A stretch of DNA of 64,000 nt from Lingula anatina (lineage: Eukaryota; Animalia; Brachiopoda). The position numbers and the translations under genes were made by a program. This document shows positions 40,634 through 54,258 of the stretch, one piece after another (within the stretch, counting starts at the first letter, position 1; every line of letters begins with the position of its first letter). The stretch lies in contig CM120643.1 in assembly GCA_051362555.1 (NCBI GenBank), positions 21,704,848 through 21,768,847 on the forward strand, given 5' to 3'. The notes under the pieces are model-generated. The model saw nothing but the letters and a program-made list of their open reading frames with translations. It was not told the origin of the DNA and did no database searches.

Positions 40634-41340
40634 TCAAAAATGGGTAGATTCAATGTAAGCGTGATTTTGGTACCCTCTGAACTCAACAGGCTTAAAATCA
40701 CTGTCATTGTTTTGGAAATCTTCTTCTTTGTTCGTACAACTTGATTCCTCACCCTCCTCTAAAAGGGAGCGGCATCGGCACGCTAAGTATCTCTTCAGCT
40801 TTTTCACCGAGGCGTCTTCAGCGAAGATAAACTCGTACAAAAAGCCTGCAATCAGACCGCCAACCAGAGGTCCGACCCAATACACCTGGAAGCGGTATTT
40901 AAAGAACGGTTAGAATATATTCCTAATAAATGATGTTGTAAATGTTATTTTTATTACAGATAAAAGTTTATGCACTCGATCGAATATTTTATATTTAAGG
41001 CTGCATTTGCCTTTTTGATAATCAATTATATGTATGCTTGACTGAAAAGAGAGTTGTCTATCAACAGAAACCAATTAGATATGCCAAACCAACAGCTGAC
41101 CAAAAGTTAGTGTTCTTATATTCACAAAGACAGACAACGCTAAGGGCGGCTAACACAAATGGAAACGCCTCTGACTGGTCACTCGTTTTACCCAGTGGTT
41201 TGTCCACGTGTCTGATATCAAAGCTGGTCCCAAACTACGGGCTGGGTTCATGCTACACCCCGTGTACTCGTGCTGAAATGAAGGGAAAAACATGTTATAG
41301 CTGACTTTTATATGTGTAAGCTTTACACTAGAAAGACCAG

Positions 41341-41393
<53 letters not shown>

Positions 41394-44300
41394 ATGTTAA
41401 AACGGTATTTTAATAATTAAAATGGCAATCTTTAGTTGTGTTTATTTGCCATCTAAAGTGCTGCTCAACACGATTAAATCTTGACATCCACTAAGCCATA
41501 TTTCTTTTGACATTCATATTGCTTAGTGTGGAGTTTCATTCTAACATTCCTCATGGTCGACAGGAAACAGAAAAAAAACAAAAAAAACAGCTACTACGAC
41601 TTGCGACTTTAATTAAAATTTCGAAAAAGAATAATGATATTGATATATATATGCAAATTCAATTATATTACCTGTAATACCACCTGTTGAGATCGCTAAT
41701 TTTTTCAGGCTAAAATTAAAGCAACGAAAAAAAAAAACACATGGATTCATACTCCATAGCGGAAGAGAAGAGAAACGTCAATACTCTGATATTGCGATGT
41801 TCCATGTTTCACAACCCGCACCTCTGACACACAAGAAAATGTCATGAACAATTCAGTGGGTCTGCTTTAAAAAAGATGTAAAATGACTTTGTCAGTTTAA
41901 AACGAAATTCCAACACGCAAAAATGCGTAAAAAATGTACGTCATGAACAAATCTAATACTTCATGTTATGTGCCCATAGTTCATATAGGTGAGTCGTGTT
42001 CCATCAGCTTTACATCCTACATAATATTAATGTTTCTAAATTCTTATTGCTAAGTAAAAGGGACCCATTTGTGGTGGAAACAGGCCTTAAGCACTTAGTC
42101 ATGAAGAGGAGATGGGGTGTATTTAGACGTGTGATAAGATATGGATATCCATCTCATGTTTTTTAAAAACGTATTATGGATATCGGACTGCGGCATTTGG
42201 CGGGTGTCATTTTCTAAAATAAAGTAGTGATACATACACCCTCTGTATTTGATTGGAAATTGGTCGGATTGGGGTTTGACTTGGGAATCATGAAACCCTG
42301 CTCCGTCATTATCACAGCCTCTTGCGATGGTTGTTGATCGCAAGACTCCGATTGTTTTGAACAGTTCCATAAAATCGAAAATCGACTAGGCGACTGATGA
42401 AAAATGGTGGAAACCACAGCATTTCACCATTTTGGCAATGAGCAATGGGACGTCCTCATTGATGCAAATTTTGGTGTGGAAAAATGAAATGTAAAACTAA
42501 TATCAGTGAATAGTAATAGGTACATTTATATGTACTTTCTGCCTTTGTAATTCCTATCATTTTTCAACAGTGACACTGTTAAACCTTGTGAAATATATGC
42601 TAGGTCTTTGAATGGATAATTCTCGAATGATAAATAAGTTGTTTAAGTTCTATTTGTTTATTATTTCTTTAATCATTGATGATGTCTTTTCATTCAAATA
42701 TTATTCAGGATACAATTTCAGACATGTTAATGCGAATGTAGGCGTCACATCATTTAGACTACCTATTTTTGAAAGGACGATTTATTCCTTGGATGACTAA
42801 CACGTACAATACGAAATTGATTTCAATATTCCATTGCCCTTGTATCATTAGCATCTTAACAAAGATGTCTGCTTTTTGCTGTTTTCATGCACGAAATTCC
42901 GACAGCACGTACGCTGCCCTGGGCGACTTGTTTCGCAACATAATCAGAAACAGTTACCTTCGGTTTTGAATGAAAATCTAAATGTAGAGGTTACTGCTCG
43001 AAGGAAATTACGAATGCTGAAAAGAATATCCATGATTAGGCTGTCGTCTCGTAAAAGGTCTGTAATTATTTGGAATTCTGGAAATGTCAAGCATATTGTA
43101 AAGCACTCAATTAGGATGTAGCTATGAATGAAAACCCCCCATGCTCACCGTTTTTTTTTAATATACAGACAGAATACAGTAGGTGTGCCCACAGCTTCTT
43201 GACCCGTTATTGAAAAAATTGCCGCACGAAGCACGGCTTTCAGTAAAATCGCCTTATGAAACACTCACGGGAGAAGATAATTTCATGACAATAAAACGTG
43301 TGGATCATTGGGGTGCTATTTTTTTAATTAATATTTTCACTGATAAATTATGCTGGTCCCTTTTCAAAGAAAAATATTACCGATGGTCCCAAAAATATGT
43401 CTATAATTTCTTCAAAAACAGGTAATGGTTGAGGGTCAAGAACGCTTTCATGCTCCTAAAGCTGTTAATCCATTTCCTTAACCACTTGTTTGTCTTGAGA
43501 AGCATGTTCCTTTTAAAGAGGGTAACCAAACCCATCATATAAAATCTCAGCTGTGGAGTATTGATTTTTCTACCCAACTTACCAACTGAATGATAGCACG
43601 ATAATTCACGAGGAATAGTGTTACTAGTGTATTGATTATCTGAAGTTATATAGTTGAATTTATACGTGCACAGGAAGTGGTGCACGCGAATTTTTTTCGA
43701 CGCATTTTAGTATAGTCATAATCGTTATTAGTTCTAGCAAAATTCCATAACAAGGCTTTTACCTACCTGACAATATATCAAAATAGTGACATATTCTTAT
43801 GAAAACCTACATCATGCTGCTAGTTATACACATTCAGTATTGAATACTGGAAGACATGAACAGCTGATTTCAAAGTGTTAATAAAGCCTGTTTGTAATAC
43901 ACATACTGGTTCAGAATTTATAGATTTCCCAATTGGTTTGATTGAGGTGTCAAATAGTTTCAAATTTAGTATATTTAAAATATATGTATAAATAGAGAAG
44001 TTTGAGCAACAATACATTTATGTTCTTTGCCTTTTTTATCAAACTTCGTTTTAAATACATTTAAACTGAAATCTATAACTGTGAAATAATGATATTTGAT
44101 AGCACGTGTGCCATACCAAGCAATACATATAGGGAAGTTAGGTCTTGGAAGACAAAAGGCATAGGATAGAAAAGGCTATTTGAATTCGTTAAAAGTGGTC
44201 ATTTTTCTTATAAATCACCGCCTACCATAAAATGCACATGCAGGGGGGACACTCCGATACAGAGCATATTTCCACAACGGGACCTACTAAAAAAAAAAAA

Positions 44301-45972
44301 AAAAAAAACATTTATTGAGAACCTGCATGAAGCGTGGTCAGCTTATGTTTGCGTTGTCCTAGAACGCAACTGACCCTCATAATTAATAAGAAAACGATCA
44401 CATGTAAGTGTTTCCGGCGAATTATTGGGTAGAATTTTCCGTCACCAAGGGTTTTAGTGTTATAGACAAAAATAACAGATTTATAGAGCGTGACGCTTTG
44501 GCAATCTTTTGTTAGAAAGGAAAACGTGACCGAGATTTCCATTCCTGGGATTTATATTACTACTGTCACACCGGTATAACTACGCTCGACTTAACTTCAT
44601 TACGGCTGTAGAGAGATAAACGTAAACTGACTGAGCTGAAACTGTAAAATAAACCCCTGTTAGAACTGACTAACTAAGACTATTAACCAGGCTTCGTGCC
44701 AACCATTGGTTGTTGCCATAGGAACGAAGTTAATGGACTGACTGACCGTGCAATTCTAAGATAGAAATCTTATGTTCCTCTTTAATAACACACCTTGCTA
44801 ATTAGAATAAGCTTATTCCGAACCCAACAAAAACCCATAATCTCCATATAAGACCTTGAAATACGGTGGGTTCCTTCCTTCTATCTGTTTTTCTTATTGA
44901 AGAGATGTGTTTTATTTTTTTTATCATGTTGTCAGTTGTGTGTGTGTGGATGGGGGGGGGGGGGGAACGCCCCACCCCACCCCCTAAACTACTCATAAAC
45001 CCAATCCTTTAGCCTCCAATATTCTTTCAGAGCGATTATTCACTATAAATTTAGTATAATGAACACCACCTCCCTCTAAGTTATGATTTATGTAATTCAG
45101 ATTTTTATGTAAATTTGATTGTAATAATGAAACTATAATTTTAGTAACCAAAGTTGTAACGTGTAGTGGCATGCAGTCACCGTATTACTAAACACACATG
45201 CACGCATTTATGCCACGAGAGATAGGTAATGGAAAAGACATTTAGGGAATCGTCGAATATTCATGATTGCTTTGATTGTATTCATGTTTTGTTGATGTAC
45301 TTCGTAAATCGGTTCGCATAAATTTTCCATATACCCAAATCCAAAACAGATTCTGATATTCATATTCCAAATAAAATAAAAATCCCTCTACCCTATGAAA
45401 GCACTCACCGCATACAGATGTGCCATGGTGACGGCAATGCCAATGGACAGTGGCCGGGAGCCGGACAGGTCAGTCCTACTTCCGTCACAGGCCGCGAACA
45501 CCGTGAACACCAATACGAGAGTGCAGAATATCTCGATGCCCACGCCCTGGCTCACGGTAACCCCGGGGGAAAGGAGGTTGGCTCCCAACTTCTTGCCGCC
45601 GTCGGTGGCGTTGGCCGGGGTGAGAACGTTCAGAAGGGCAGCTCCCCCGACCGCTCCAGTGACTTGCGCTACGATGTAAAACACCGCTTTCACGAAGGTG
45701 ATATTGCCGACGGCCCACATGGCTACCGTCACCGCTGGGTTGATGTGCCCTCCACTGGAGTTGCCAAAAATCCATACTATAGTCCCCACCGTGAATCCGA
45801 ACACCAAAGAAATCTGTAGTTGCGCCACGACAGGCGAACGGTCGCCAGTGATTGCCCCACAGCCTACAAGTACAAGGAGGAGGGTGCCGATAAATTCGGC
45901 TGCGAAGGCCCGGTAGAATAGTGGGTTACGAAACTCATTGATCCCAATGGGCTTGTATTTGGATTCGACCAT
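40634..45972 (-). CDS. AQP4: Aquaporin, classical water-channel type (AQP4/AQP1-like), 3 coding exons, about 298 aa
   Basis: Exons 45972-45409, 41272-41192, 40885-40634 (GT-AG, phase 0). Motifs [30 protein letters not shown] and HWVYWVGP. ar/R filter F-H-C-R. Orthology to AQP4 is inferred from motifs only. Confidence 0.9.
41343..41392. repeat. Poly(A) tract (poly-T on the aquaporin sense strand, upstream of the exon 2 acceptor)
   Basis: Direct inspection. Confidence 0.85.
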
Positions 45973-46544
45973 CTCCGTGAATGTGTTGGTAAATAATACG
46001 CGCGTTGTCTTCGACGACGATATTTTATGACAGACGACGGGAACGAGTGTCCTTTCACACATGCGCAAATATGAATAATTCAGTGATGGCCTAACTTAAA
46101 CAAAGTAGCCTACTTCTCGGTAAACATTAAGTCAATGATATTGCTAAGCACTCTCGGCTGTTACACTCGTAATTTTTTCTCTTGTTGTAAAAGCGTATTT
46201 ATTTACAAAGAACAGCACGTCCGCCGGGAAATAAACTGATGTACAAATTTTGATCAAAAGGGAGTGGAATAAAAAGCCTGTTGACAGCGATGCATTCATA
46301 CCGATTAAACCGCAAAAAATATATGGAGGAGAAGTAAAAAAAATGAAAAAATGATCAATTTTTATTCGTATTACGTTTTGTTTCTGAATAAATTGGTCCG
46401 CTGTGTGAAACTGTTCCTGAATGATTGGTGTTTAATAATTAACCAACCTTTATTACTCAACCTAAGTCTTCTGGTATACTGCAACTAGAACCATATAATG
46501 TTGGGTAGGTGTGAATATGGGCAGGTAGCCAAAAACAGATAAAT

Positions 46545-46591
46545 AAAGAAAGAAAGAAAGATAGAAAGAAAGAAAGAAAGAAAGAAAGAAA
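46545..46591. repeat. (GAAA)n microsatellite
   Basis: Direct inspection. Confidence 0.85.
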
Positions 46592-48001
46592 GTTACTTAC
46601 CTGGAAAGAATAGTCCAAAAATCACGCCGTTCAAAAATATTTTTACAAATAAGCCCTTTTTACATCAGCGGTCTACACAAAGGCTCAATATATTTACATC
46701 GATTGTTCTAGTTTAATGGTACAGTCTCCAAGTTACGGTACTGTTTAGGAGGTTGGCAGCTTAACAGCCTGGTAAAAGAGTCGCCTAAACAGAGCCCCGT
46801 ACTCGCCACCCAAAAAGTGGGAAGCGAACTTGTGAATGTGACCCCCCCCCTCTCGAATGTATGTACATGACAGGATTTTGTATCGGTACAGAATGCACCG
46901 CAAAAGTATACCGATCGAAACAGGTGGCGACTTGCGGCATTTTTAATATCGATGCAACGAATTACCAGGATATTTTCGGTCGGATAAAATGTTCACAAAA
47001 CTACGTCCTTTTCACAGTTCGGGCTGGACCGTCTCCAGTTCGCTTCTTTTGTTTTCACCCAGATACCAAGAGATCCTCCACCTGTCACCCTGAGTTACTA
47101 AGTACTAATATTTGCAGTCATTGGGAAATTCAGAGGCGTACACAGGCCTTATAATCGAAATTGTCGCTTGAGACTTGGAGCCGCCGATTTGTGATATCGA
47201 TCGCCGAATTCTAAATTAAAATGCCTTAGACCGTGGTTTCCTGATCAGTTTGTGAAATACGTTGCAAACACCGCATTTTAAATTGAGAACGCAATTCCGT
47301 TAACCTGTCCGTATCTACAGGAGATTATTGAAATCGCATTACTCCCGCATTAATTCGCGGTTGAGAAAATGCCGATGCTGATGGTAGAAAGGCGAGTTAC
47401 AAGGGGTAACTCAGGGTGTAACAGAAGTGCAGTGGTCTTTGAAAATGGTGTCAGGAGCTTACCATTTGAATTGCTTAAATTCTTTCATTTGCCTTTTAAA
47501 GACATACTTAACAGCGTCCTAACCCCGTTACCTCGTTACGGTTTTAAGTGTTGCATATTTGATGATTACCCCTTTTAGTTCATTCGCTTTAATGAGAACC
47601 AGGTAAGTCAGGCGTATCATAATAGGCAAGAGGTCTCCTTTTTGCTGAAAGTCTTATGAATATTTTACATATCCACAAATAACTTATTCCCTACTAGAGG
47701 AAAAACTTGGCTTAATAAGCGGTTCACGATTTTTTGATAATCGAAATGTTTCTACTTCCTCTCCCTGAACTTATGCAACAATATTTTTAACGATACATTA
47801 AGGGCGGCATGGGATGAAAATTAGTATATTTACCTTAATTTTAATTTACATTATTCTTATTTTTGCCCAGATTGGAATTCTCATCCTAAAGGAATCTAAT
47901 TACTCTTAAGAAAAAATATTTTTAGATATAATGAAGGTTATTACATCCTCCTCTCCTCTTAGCACGAGAAATATGTGATATTCCAACAACCTATTAACTT
48001 A

Positions 48002-48258
48002 GGCTTCGTTCACATGCAATGTCTATTTTCTAATTTCTATTTTCTATTTGCGCTATCTTATGATCACGGTCTGTGCCCTGAATATCCCGCCGCGTAATTA
48101 CTGGCAGCGCGAGCCAGTTACTTATAGTAACTTATAGTAACTGGCTCGCGCTGCCAGTAATTACGCCGCGGGATATTCAGGCCACAGACCGTGATCATAA
48201 GACATACCGCAAATAGAAAATAGAATTTAGAAAATAGACATTGCATGTGAACGAAGCC
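48002..48258. mobile_element. Near-perfect palindromic PIF/Harbinger-like MITE
   Basis: GGCTTCGTTCACATGCAATG...CATTGCATGTGAACGAAGCC; the whole element is a hairpin, TTA TSD. Second copy at 59912-60170. Confidence 0.9.
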
Positions 48259-48261
48259 TTA

Positions 48262-48468
48262 GGGTGTTTTCCCAGAGATTTAGATCGATCTAAAGATTAA
48301 GATTTAGATCGACCTAACTCCCTGGGGGTTCACGCTAAATTGCAGTCAGCCGAGCGGGCACCATAGTTAATTACCCCCTTACAGCTTTTAGTAGGCGGGG
48401 CAGACGCTTAAGCCGGCCAAGCTGACAGTAATCTAGTGAGACTCGCCACAGGGATAGATCGATCTAGA
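48262..48468. mobile_element. MITE of the 23838-24056 family (reverse orientation, one end truncated)
   Basis: Reverse complement of about 23850-24056. Directly abuts the TTA TSD of the preceding MITE. Confidence 0.75.
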
Positions 48469-51400
48469 TTAATTAAACGGCTTTCATCTCAACACACCAA
48501 GTTGGATGTTGCATGAGCAAATAATATGACAGTTTTTAAAGCTTTTAGTCTCACTTCTGTTTTATTCTGAAAATCATGTTTTTATTTTGTTTTGTTACCT
48601 CGGCAAAGAATCCCACTAAAAAAACAATGAGTATTTTGGTAAACATATCGGTAATATGCATTAGAGGTACACTGTACGCGTTTGGAAATTTCTCGAAGTC
48701 ATATATTCTATATCTACATATCCTGCAAAGCTAAAATTTTACCCAATTCAGTCCTTAAAACTATATAACTCCTCATATTTAAGTACCTGGCGTCGTTAGT
48801 TCCTTCTGAAAGTACAGGAAGATATAGCATTCAACATGTAAATGACTGACCAATCATTTACAAAGAAGTCATTAAATAAATGGAATAAAACATCGAAACC
48901 TAGAGCAGGGTCGGATCGAGCAATGATTTGCGGGTTGGAAAAAATTACCTTTTTTTCTCAAGGAGAATTCATTTTGCCTGTAGATTCCTTATAGACCACC
49001 GTTAAATAAATGAGAGGCAAATGATATTCCGCCTATGTTAAATAGTGTTACCCCGTGTAAAGACATGTAGTTATGAAAGAGAGAATTACTCAGGGGGAGG
49101 GGGGTCTCCGAAGATATCATTAAACCCTTACCCGCCAATTACCTGTATATGCCATAACCTTTGCGTGACAGCGTATGATTTGCACTTGACTCAAGATGGT
49201 AAAATCGTGCATTATATTTTCAGAGATAATGATGTTGATGATCATAGATGACCCCAAAAAACTTCGTCTCCATCCTTCCTAACTATTAACATAACATCGT
49301 TTTTCTGACATGGTGTTGCGTATTTTGCCTTTAAGCGAGAGCAAATTGTGCTTACTGACACAGGGTGGTGGCAGTAGATAAGAAATTGAGCCTCTGCTGT
49401 CATAAATGTGTAAATTTACCACAAAAGGTCAAAGTATGCAAAGGTAACTTCAACTACAACATAAACACTTACCCAAATTATCGCATTGTGTATGAGCATT
49501 CGCGCTGCACTAGTATTTGCAGGCCTAAATAACGGATGGCAGAATTTTCAGCGGTTGACAACCTATACAATAGATTATAAACAAGCTAAAAAAAATTACA
49601 ACTTGTGTATGCAAACAGGGATGTGTTTGTATTGTATGTGTGAGGTGATGCGTACCCCCTTGCGTATGTCCTTATAAAATTAACGTCAGGGCATTTAGAG
49701 TTGAAGACTTCAAGTCCATGATCGCGAATATTTGCAAATATCCACTGCATGACACAAGTTTCGGCAAGTAGTGCTGCAAACTCATCTTTTGACTGTCAAA
49801 AATTGACTATCGACTTCTTTGTTTTTAAGTTCGCATTATGTATTTGCTACTGAATGCTTACCATCATGTCCTTTTCATTTCACAGCAAACTAATCAAAGG
49901 TACAGAGTAATAGCTTCACATTTTAATTACCACTCTCAAAGTAGAATTAGCTATCGCGAGGAACACAAACATGGCAAGTGGACTACATGTAGAACTGCTT
50001 GTGAATCGGCGTAACTAGCTAGTGACATGTGGCGGTTTTCCTCTGCCCAGCCCCTACCTTCCTAGCAGGCACGCGCACACACACGCACACGCGCGCGTTC
50101 TTCATTACCTTTCGATGTTTACAATATAAAAATCAGCAGCAGCACTTCATTTATTTTATCCTCTTTATCTTTTATTCGTCTAGCAATTTTAAGAGAGGGT
50201 GTATATGCCCTTAAACCCCAGCTTGGCATTGCCAGTTAGCCTCCCTACCCCCCCCGCCCCCCCCCCCCCCTTTCCGCGCCCCGCCCCCTCTTCCGTCTTC
50301 GTACAGCGCTAAACCACAGGATAAGTTTTGGGTCACCGAACCTAAATCCGCTGCGGATCACCTAAATGTAATACCGACAGCTCGTGAGCGGCACTGCCAA
50401 AACAACTTCTCGAGTAAAACCCCGCATGCCGAAGTCCGGCCCCCATCACCTGAGCGTTGCCGAACCCCAGTGCGTGGCACCGCCAAAACAGGTTAAAGCA
50501 AGGAATCAATCATCACGTAAAATAATTTATCAAAGTAGAATGTGTCACTCGTTCGGCTTTCTCAAACAGTTCGTGGATTTACCCTGAAGGCGCGTTAACA
50601 TATAAGTTGGGTTGACCATTCTCAGGATCATCCTCCCTTACTGGACGTACATGTATGGTGAAGCTTAGCTTACCGTCAGCAGCAAATGTAGTCCCATTGT
50701 TCCAGTGCTTGACCAAACCGAGGGTCCGTGTAACTGGGACATCCTGACAGTTTTGGATGCTTACAAATGAAAAGTTTAGTAAGAATAAATTTCATATCAA
50801 CTATTTTGATCCACTTTTTTGGGAGATTAGGAAAAGTCCTTCAAAATACCTCACTCAACTGAGGGGTAGGCCTACTTTTTTAATTGTTGTAATGTTTCAT
50901 AACTTATGTGACACCGTACATCGATAACTAAGTTAGAATTTTTAACATCAAGATCTGTTGTATTAACAATGAAAATAGTCGAGTAATGGAAATTAAATTA
51001 TTATTCGCAGCTCGTTTGAAAAACTTTGCTTTAAACCCTTCTAACGGATACTCTTTTTAATAGCTGCCGGTGCTTTTCTTTAATAAAGTCACCTACCTTT
51101 AGTTTCGGGTGCACAACGTGAACTTGACTGACGCCAAATAATTAGACATTTGTCAGTTCTTAGTAATTGTTATCGCTGCTATCGTTGATGTGATATGGCA
51201 TACCGTGATATCAATTTATAAGTCGTGGTGACAATTGGTATTTTAATACTATTTAGCCGTTTATTTTCACTTCATTGCAAATACTGTCAGGTCAGTTGAG
51301 ATGTCACTTTAAGTTGTCTAACAATCCGTATGAAAAGAGAAAACATCGAGAATCGAATAGCTTTACCGTGATTGTTTTATTCCCAGTAGATGCTATTTCA

Positions 51401-51712
51401 TAGGGGATAATCAATTTAAATTGCTATTATCATTTTACATTAATCAATTCGGTAGGTCATCCCATGCATTCTATTTTCATATGTCCGTTTTCAATCCAAT
51501 CTAATTTATATTGTATATTTAATCGAGCTGTTTCTGTATTTATTTTTTCATTTGTGTCTTTGAGAAGGAGATAGGGTAAATATATTATCAGTTTTGTTTA
51601 AATATAGCAGTTGTCAGGTATTTCGGTTATGTTTCTCTTTATTTTTCAATTTACGGGAAGGGCAGAAGAAAAATAGAAGCAGTTTGCTGTGAATGCTTTT
51701 CTAGAAGTCTAA

Positions 51713-51961
51713 GGGCGCATACCCAAGGAAGCTATCGTTCTACATAGATCGATCCTACACGCCGGGGTCTCTCGCTTAATGCAATCAGGCTAACAGACAA
51801 GCACGCCTCCTCCTGGAGTTAAATAGAATACAGAAAAGCAGGTGATTATACGTGTGCAATGGAAACAAGAGGAGGTGTGTTAATTTGCTAAACTGATTGC
51901 ATTCAGCAAGAGTCCCCGCGGAGCTGGGTCGATCTGCGTATAAAGAATTGGGAATGAGTCC
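51713..51961. mobile_element. Harbinger-like MITE
   Basis: Degenerate TIRs GGGCGCATACCCAA and TTGGGAATGAGTCC, TAA TSD, internal inverted repeats. A partial related copy lies at about 5585-5668. Confidence 0.65.
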
Positions 51962-52091
51962 TAATTATACGAGTTCTGCTGTATTTTCCCGACTGTTCAA
52001 TACCCAGCTTCAGATGCATGTGCAATAGAATCCTAATAAACGGTGGTTCTACAGGTAGATGTGGGTGGTCACTACCAGTATGTTTGTTTAA

Positions 52092-54237
52092 CCCTCATCC
52101 ACAAGGAAATGGAACCCTACGTAAACCCTGAAACCGGGCCTCAGAGGCCCGGTGTACCATGAAAATCTGACTCCCCCCCAAAAAAAATTCAAAAATCTAA
52201 TTTAATTTGAGTAAATGACTTTGATATTGTAGTATGCATAATGGAGGACACATTGGCACTTTTTGTTAGTTTGCAGGTGAAAATTTTCATGAAAAAATAA
52301 AAAAAAATTAAAGATTTGTATTTTACCACCCAAGGACTCCCCTATGAAAAAGCTATTTATTTGACATTTGATGACCATTTCACCATCTTTTCTTTGAGGA
52401 TACTTTATGAGGAATATATTGAAAGTACTTGAAAGTTTAATGGTTAAAAAATTGGGTGAAAAAAATAGTAATAAAAAAAAAAACACATTAAAAAATAAGA
52501 AAAATTAAAGATTTATATTCTAACACCCAATGACCCCCCTATGAAAAAGCTATTTATTTGATATTTGATGATCATTCTGACATCTTTTCTTTGAGGATAC
52601 TTTATGAGGAATATATTGAAAGTACTTGAAAGTTTGATGGTTAAAAAATTGGTGAAAAAAATAATAAAAAAACACATGAGAAATAAGATAAATTAAAGAT
52701 TTGTATTCTAACACCCAATGACTCCCCTATGAAAAGGCTATCTATTTGATATTTGATGATCATTCTGACATCTTTTCTTTACGGATACTTAATGAAGAAT
52801 ATATTGGAGATATTTGAAAGTTTGAATGGTATAATACTGGGTATGCTATATAAGAAGAATTCAGTAAAAAGGCGATGGGGCCAATTTCCTGAGTTAAAAA
52901 TGTAGCATTTTGACATGGAAGTGCAAAACCTACAGGTAGTAAGATGAATACTTGTTTTAAAAATATTCACCAAAATTTTCACCACCAAACTTTCAAATAA
53001 TAACAAAAAGTACATCTCTGTGCAAACTATGTAGAAAACAATGGTATGGTGACTGAATATAAAATAGGTCCTTTTCTTTATGGGAAATCAAATCTCATGG
53101 GTATAAAAATGAAGATTTTCATGATTTATTTTTCATTCTTTCACTCACTATTTAATCATCAAACTTTTAAATATTTCCAATATATTTTTCATAAAGTATC
53201 CTAATAGAAAAGATGTCAGAATGACCATCAAATATCAAATAAATAGCTTTTTCATAGGGGAGTTATTGGGTGATAAAATGCACATTTTTAATTTTCTATT
53301 TTTCATGTTTTTGTTTTAGTTTTTTCACCCAATAGTTTACCATCAAACTTTCAAATATTTCCAGTATAATCTTCATAAAGTAAATTTAAAGGAAAGATGT
53401 AGAAATGATCATCCAATATCAAATAAATAGCTTTTTCAAAGGGGAGACAATGGGCGGTTAAGTGCACATTTTTAATTTTCATATTTTTTTTCATGAAAAT
53501 ATTCACCTGCAAACTTAAAAAAAAAAAAAAAGTGCCAAAGTATCTTCCATTTTACATACTACAATATCACAGTCATATACTCAAATAAAATAAGATTTAT
53601 GAACATTTGTGGAGGGGGAGTCAAATTTTCATGGGGAGTCAGATTTTCATGTTACACCAGTCCCTTGCTCGCTTTACCTCCACCTGGGTGCATGAGTATA
53701 CACTGTGTATGGAAAATGCGGAAAAACATTTTTTTTTCTCAAAATGGAAAGTTTCGCAAAGGTAGCGCAGTCTATCAGGTATGTAATAATGATAGATTTA
53801 AACTGATATCTGCATATCAGGTGACCATGCAAGGTGACCGATTACTCATAAATAATAATTTCTCCAGGTCTTGAATCTTTCACAGGCAGATTTCATTGAC
53901 CATACTGATAGTCATAGCACACATGATATTGCTTGTGTAAAACATTTTATAGCAAAGCTATTTGAGGTAACATGGACTTATTTATCCCATGTGGAAGTAA
54001 AATTATCAAGCGACCGGGCCTCAGAGGCCCGGTTTCCAGGAAATGGGACTAACTTTTGGAAAAGTTAATTTCTACATATGTTGTAAATTATTTCAAAACT
54101 AATTATTTATCCATTGATGGGGTATAAGTTGCTTGAGGATTACATGAAAGGAACAGGCTCAAAACCTCATGCTAATGAAGAGAGAGCAAAAGATACATGG
54201 GTCCGGGCCTGCGAGGCCCCTGAAAGGTGATTGAGGG
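52092..54237. mobile_element. piggyBac-like non-autonomous element
   Basis: TTAA|CCCTCA ... TGAGGG|TTAA. Palindromic subterminal motif CCGGGCCTCAGAGGCCCGG at about 52134 and 54013, with a variant at about 54204. Confidence 0.7.
52149..53660. mobile_element. Foldback-type element nested in the piggyBac-like element
   Basis: TIRs GGTGTACCATGAAAATCTGACTCCCC and GGGGAGTCAGATTTTCATGTTACACC. Arms of about 185-bp tandem units (about 52300-52830) with inverted counterparts (about 53130-53600). Confidence 0.75.
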
Positions 54238-54258
54238 TTAAAGTGTCAAAACACTTAA

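Noticed and set aside
40625-40636. AQP4-style stop-codon readthrough
   Set aside because: Context is TGA-TTC, not the TGA-CTAG readthrough motif.
45395-45916. Plus-strand ORFs overlapping aquaporin exon 1
   Set aside because: Antisense shadows of a GC-rich coding exon.
50240-50290. C-rich tract (G-quadruplex potential on the - strand); similar tracts at about 27965-28012
   Set aside because: Simple homopolymer-like runs with no further evidence of function.
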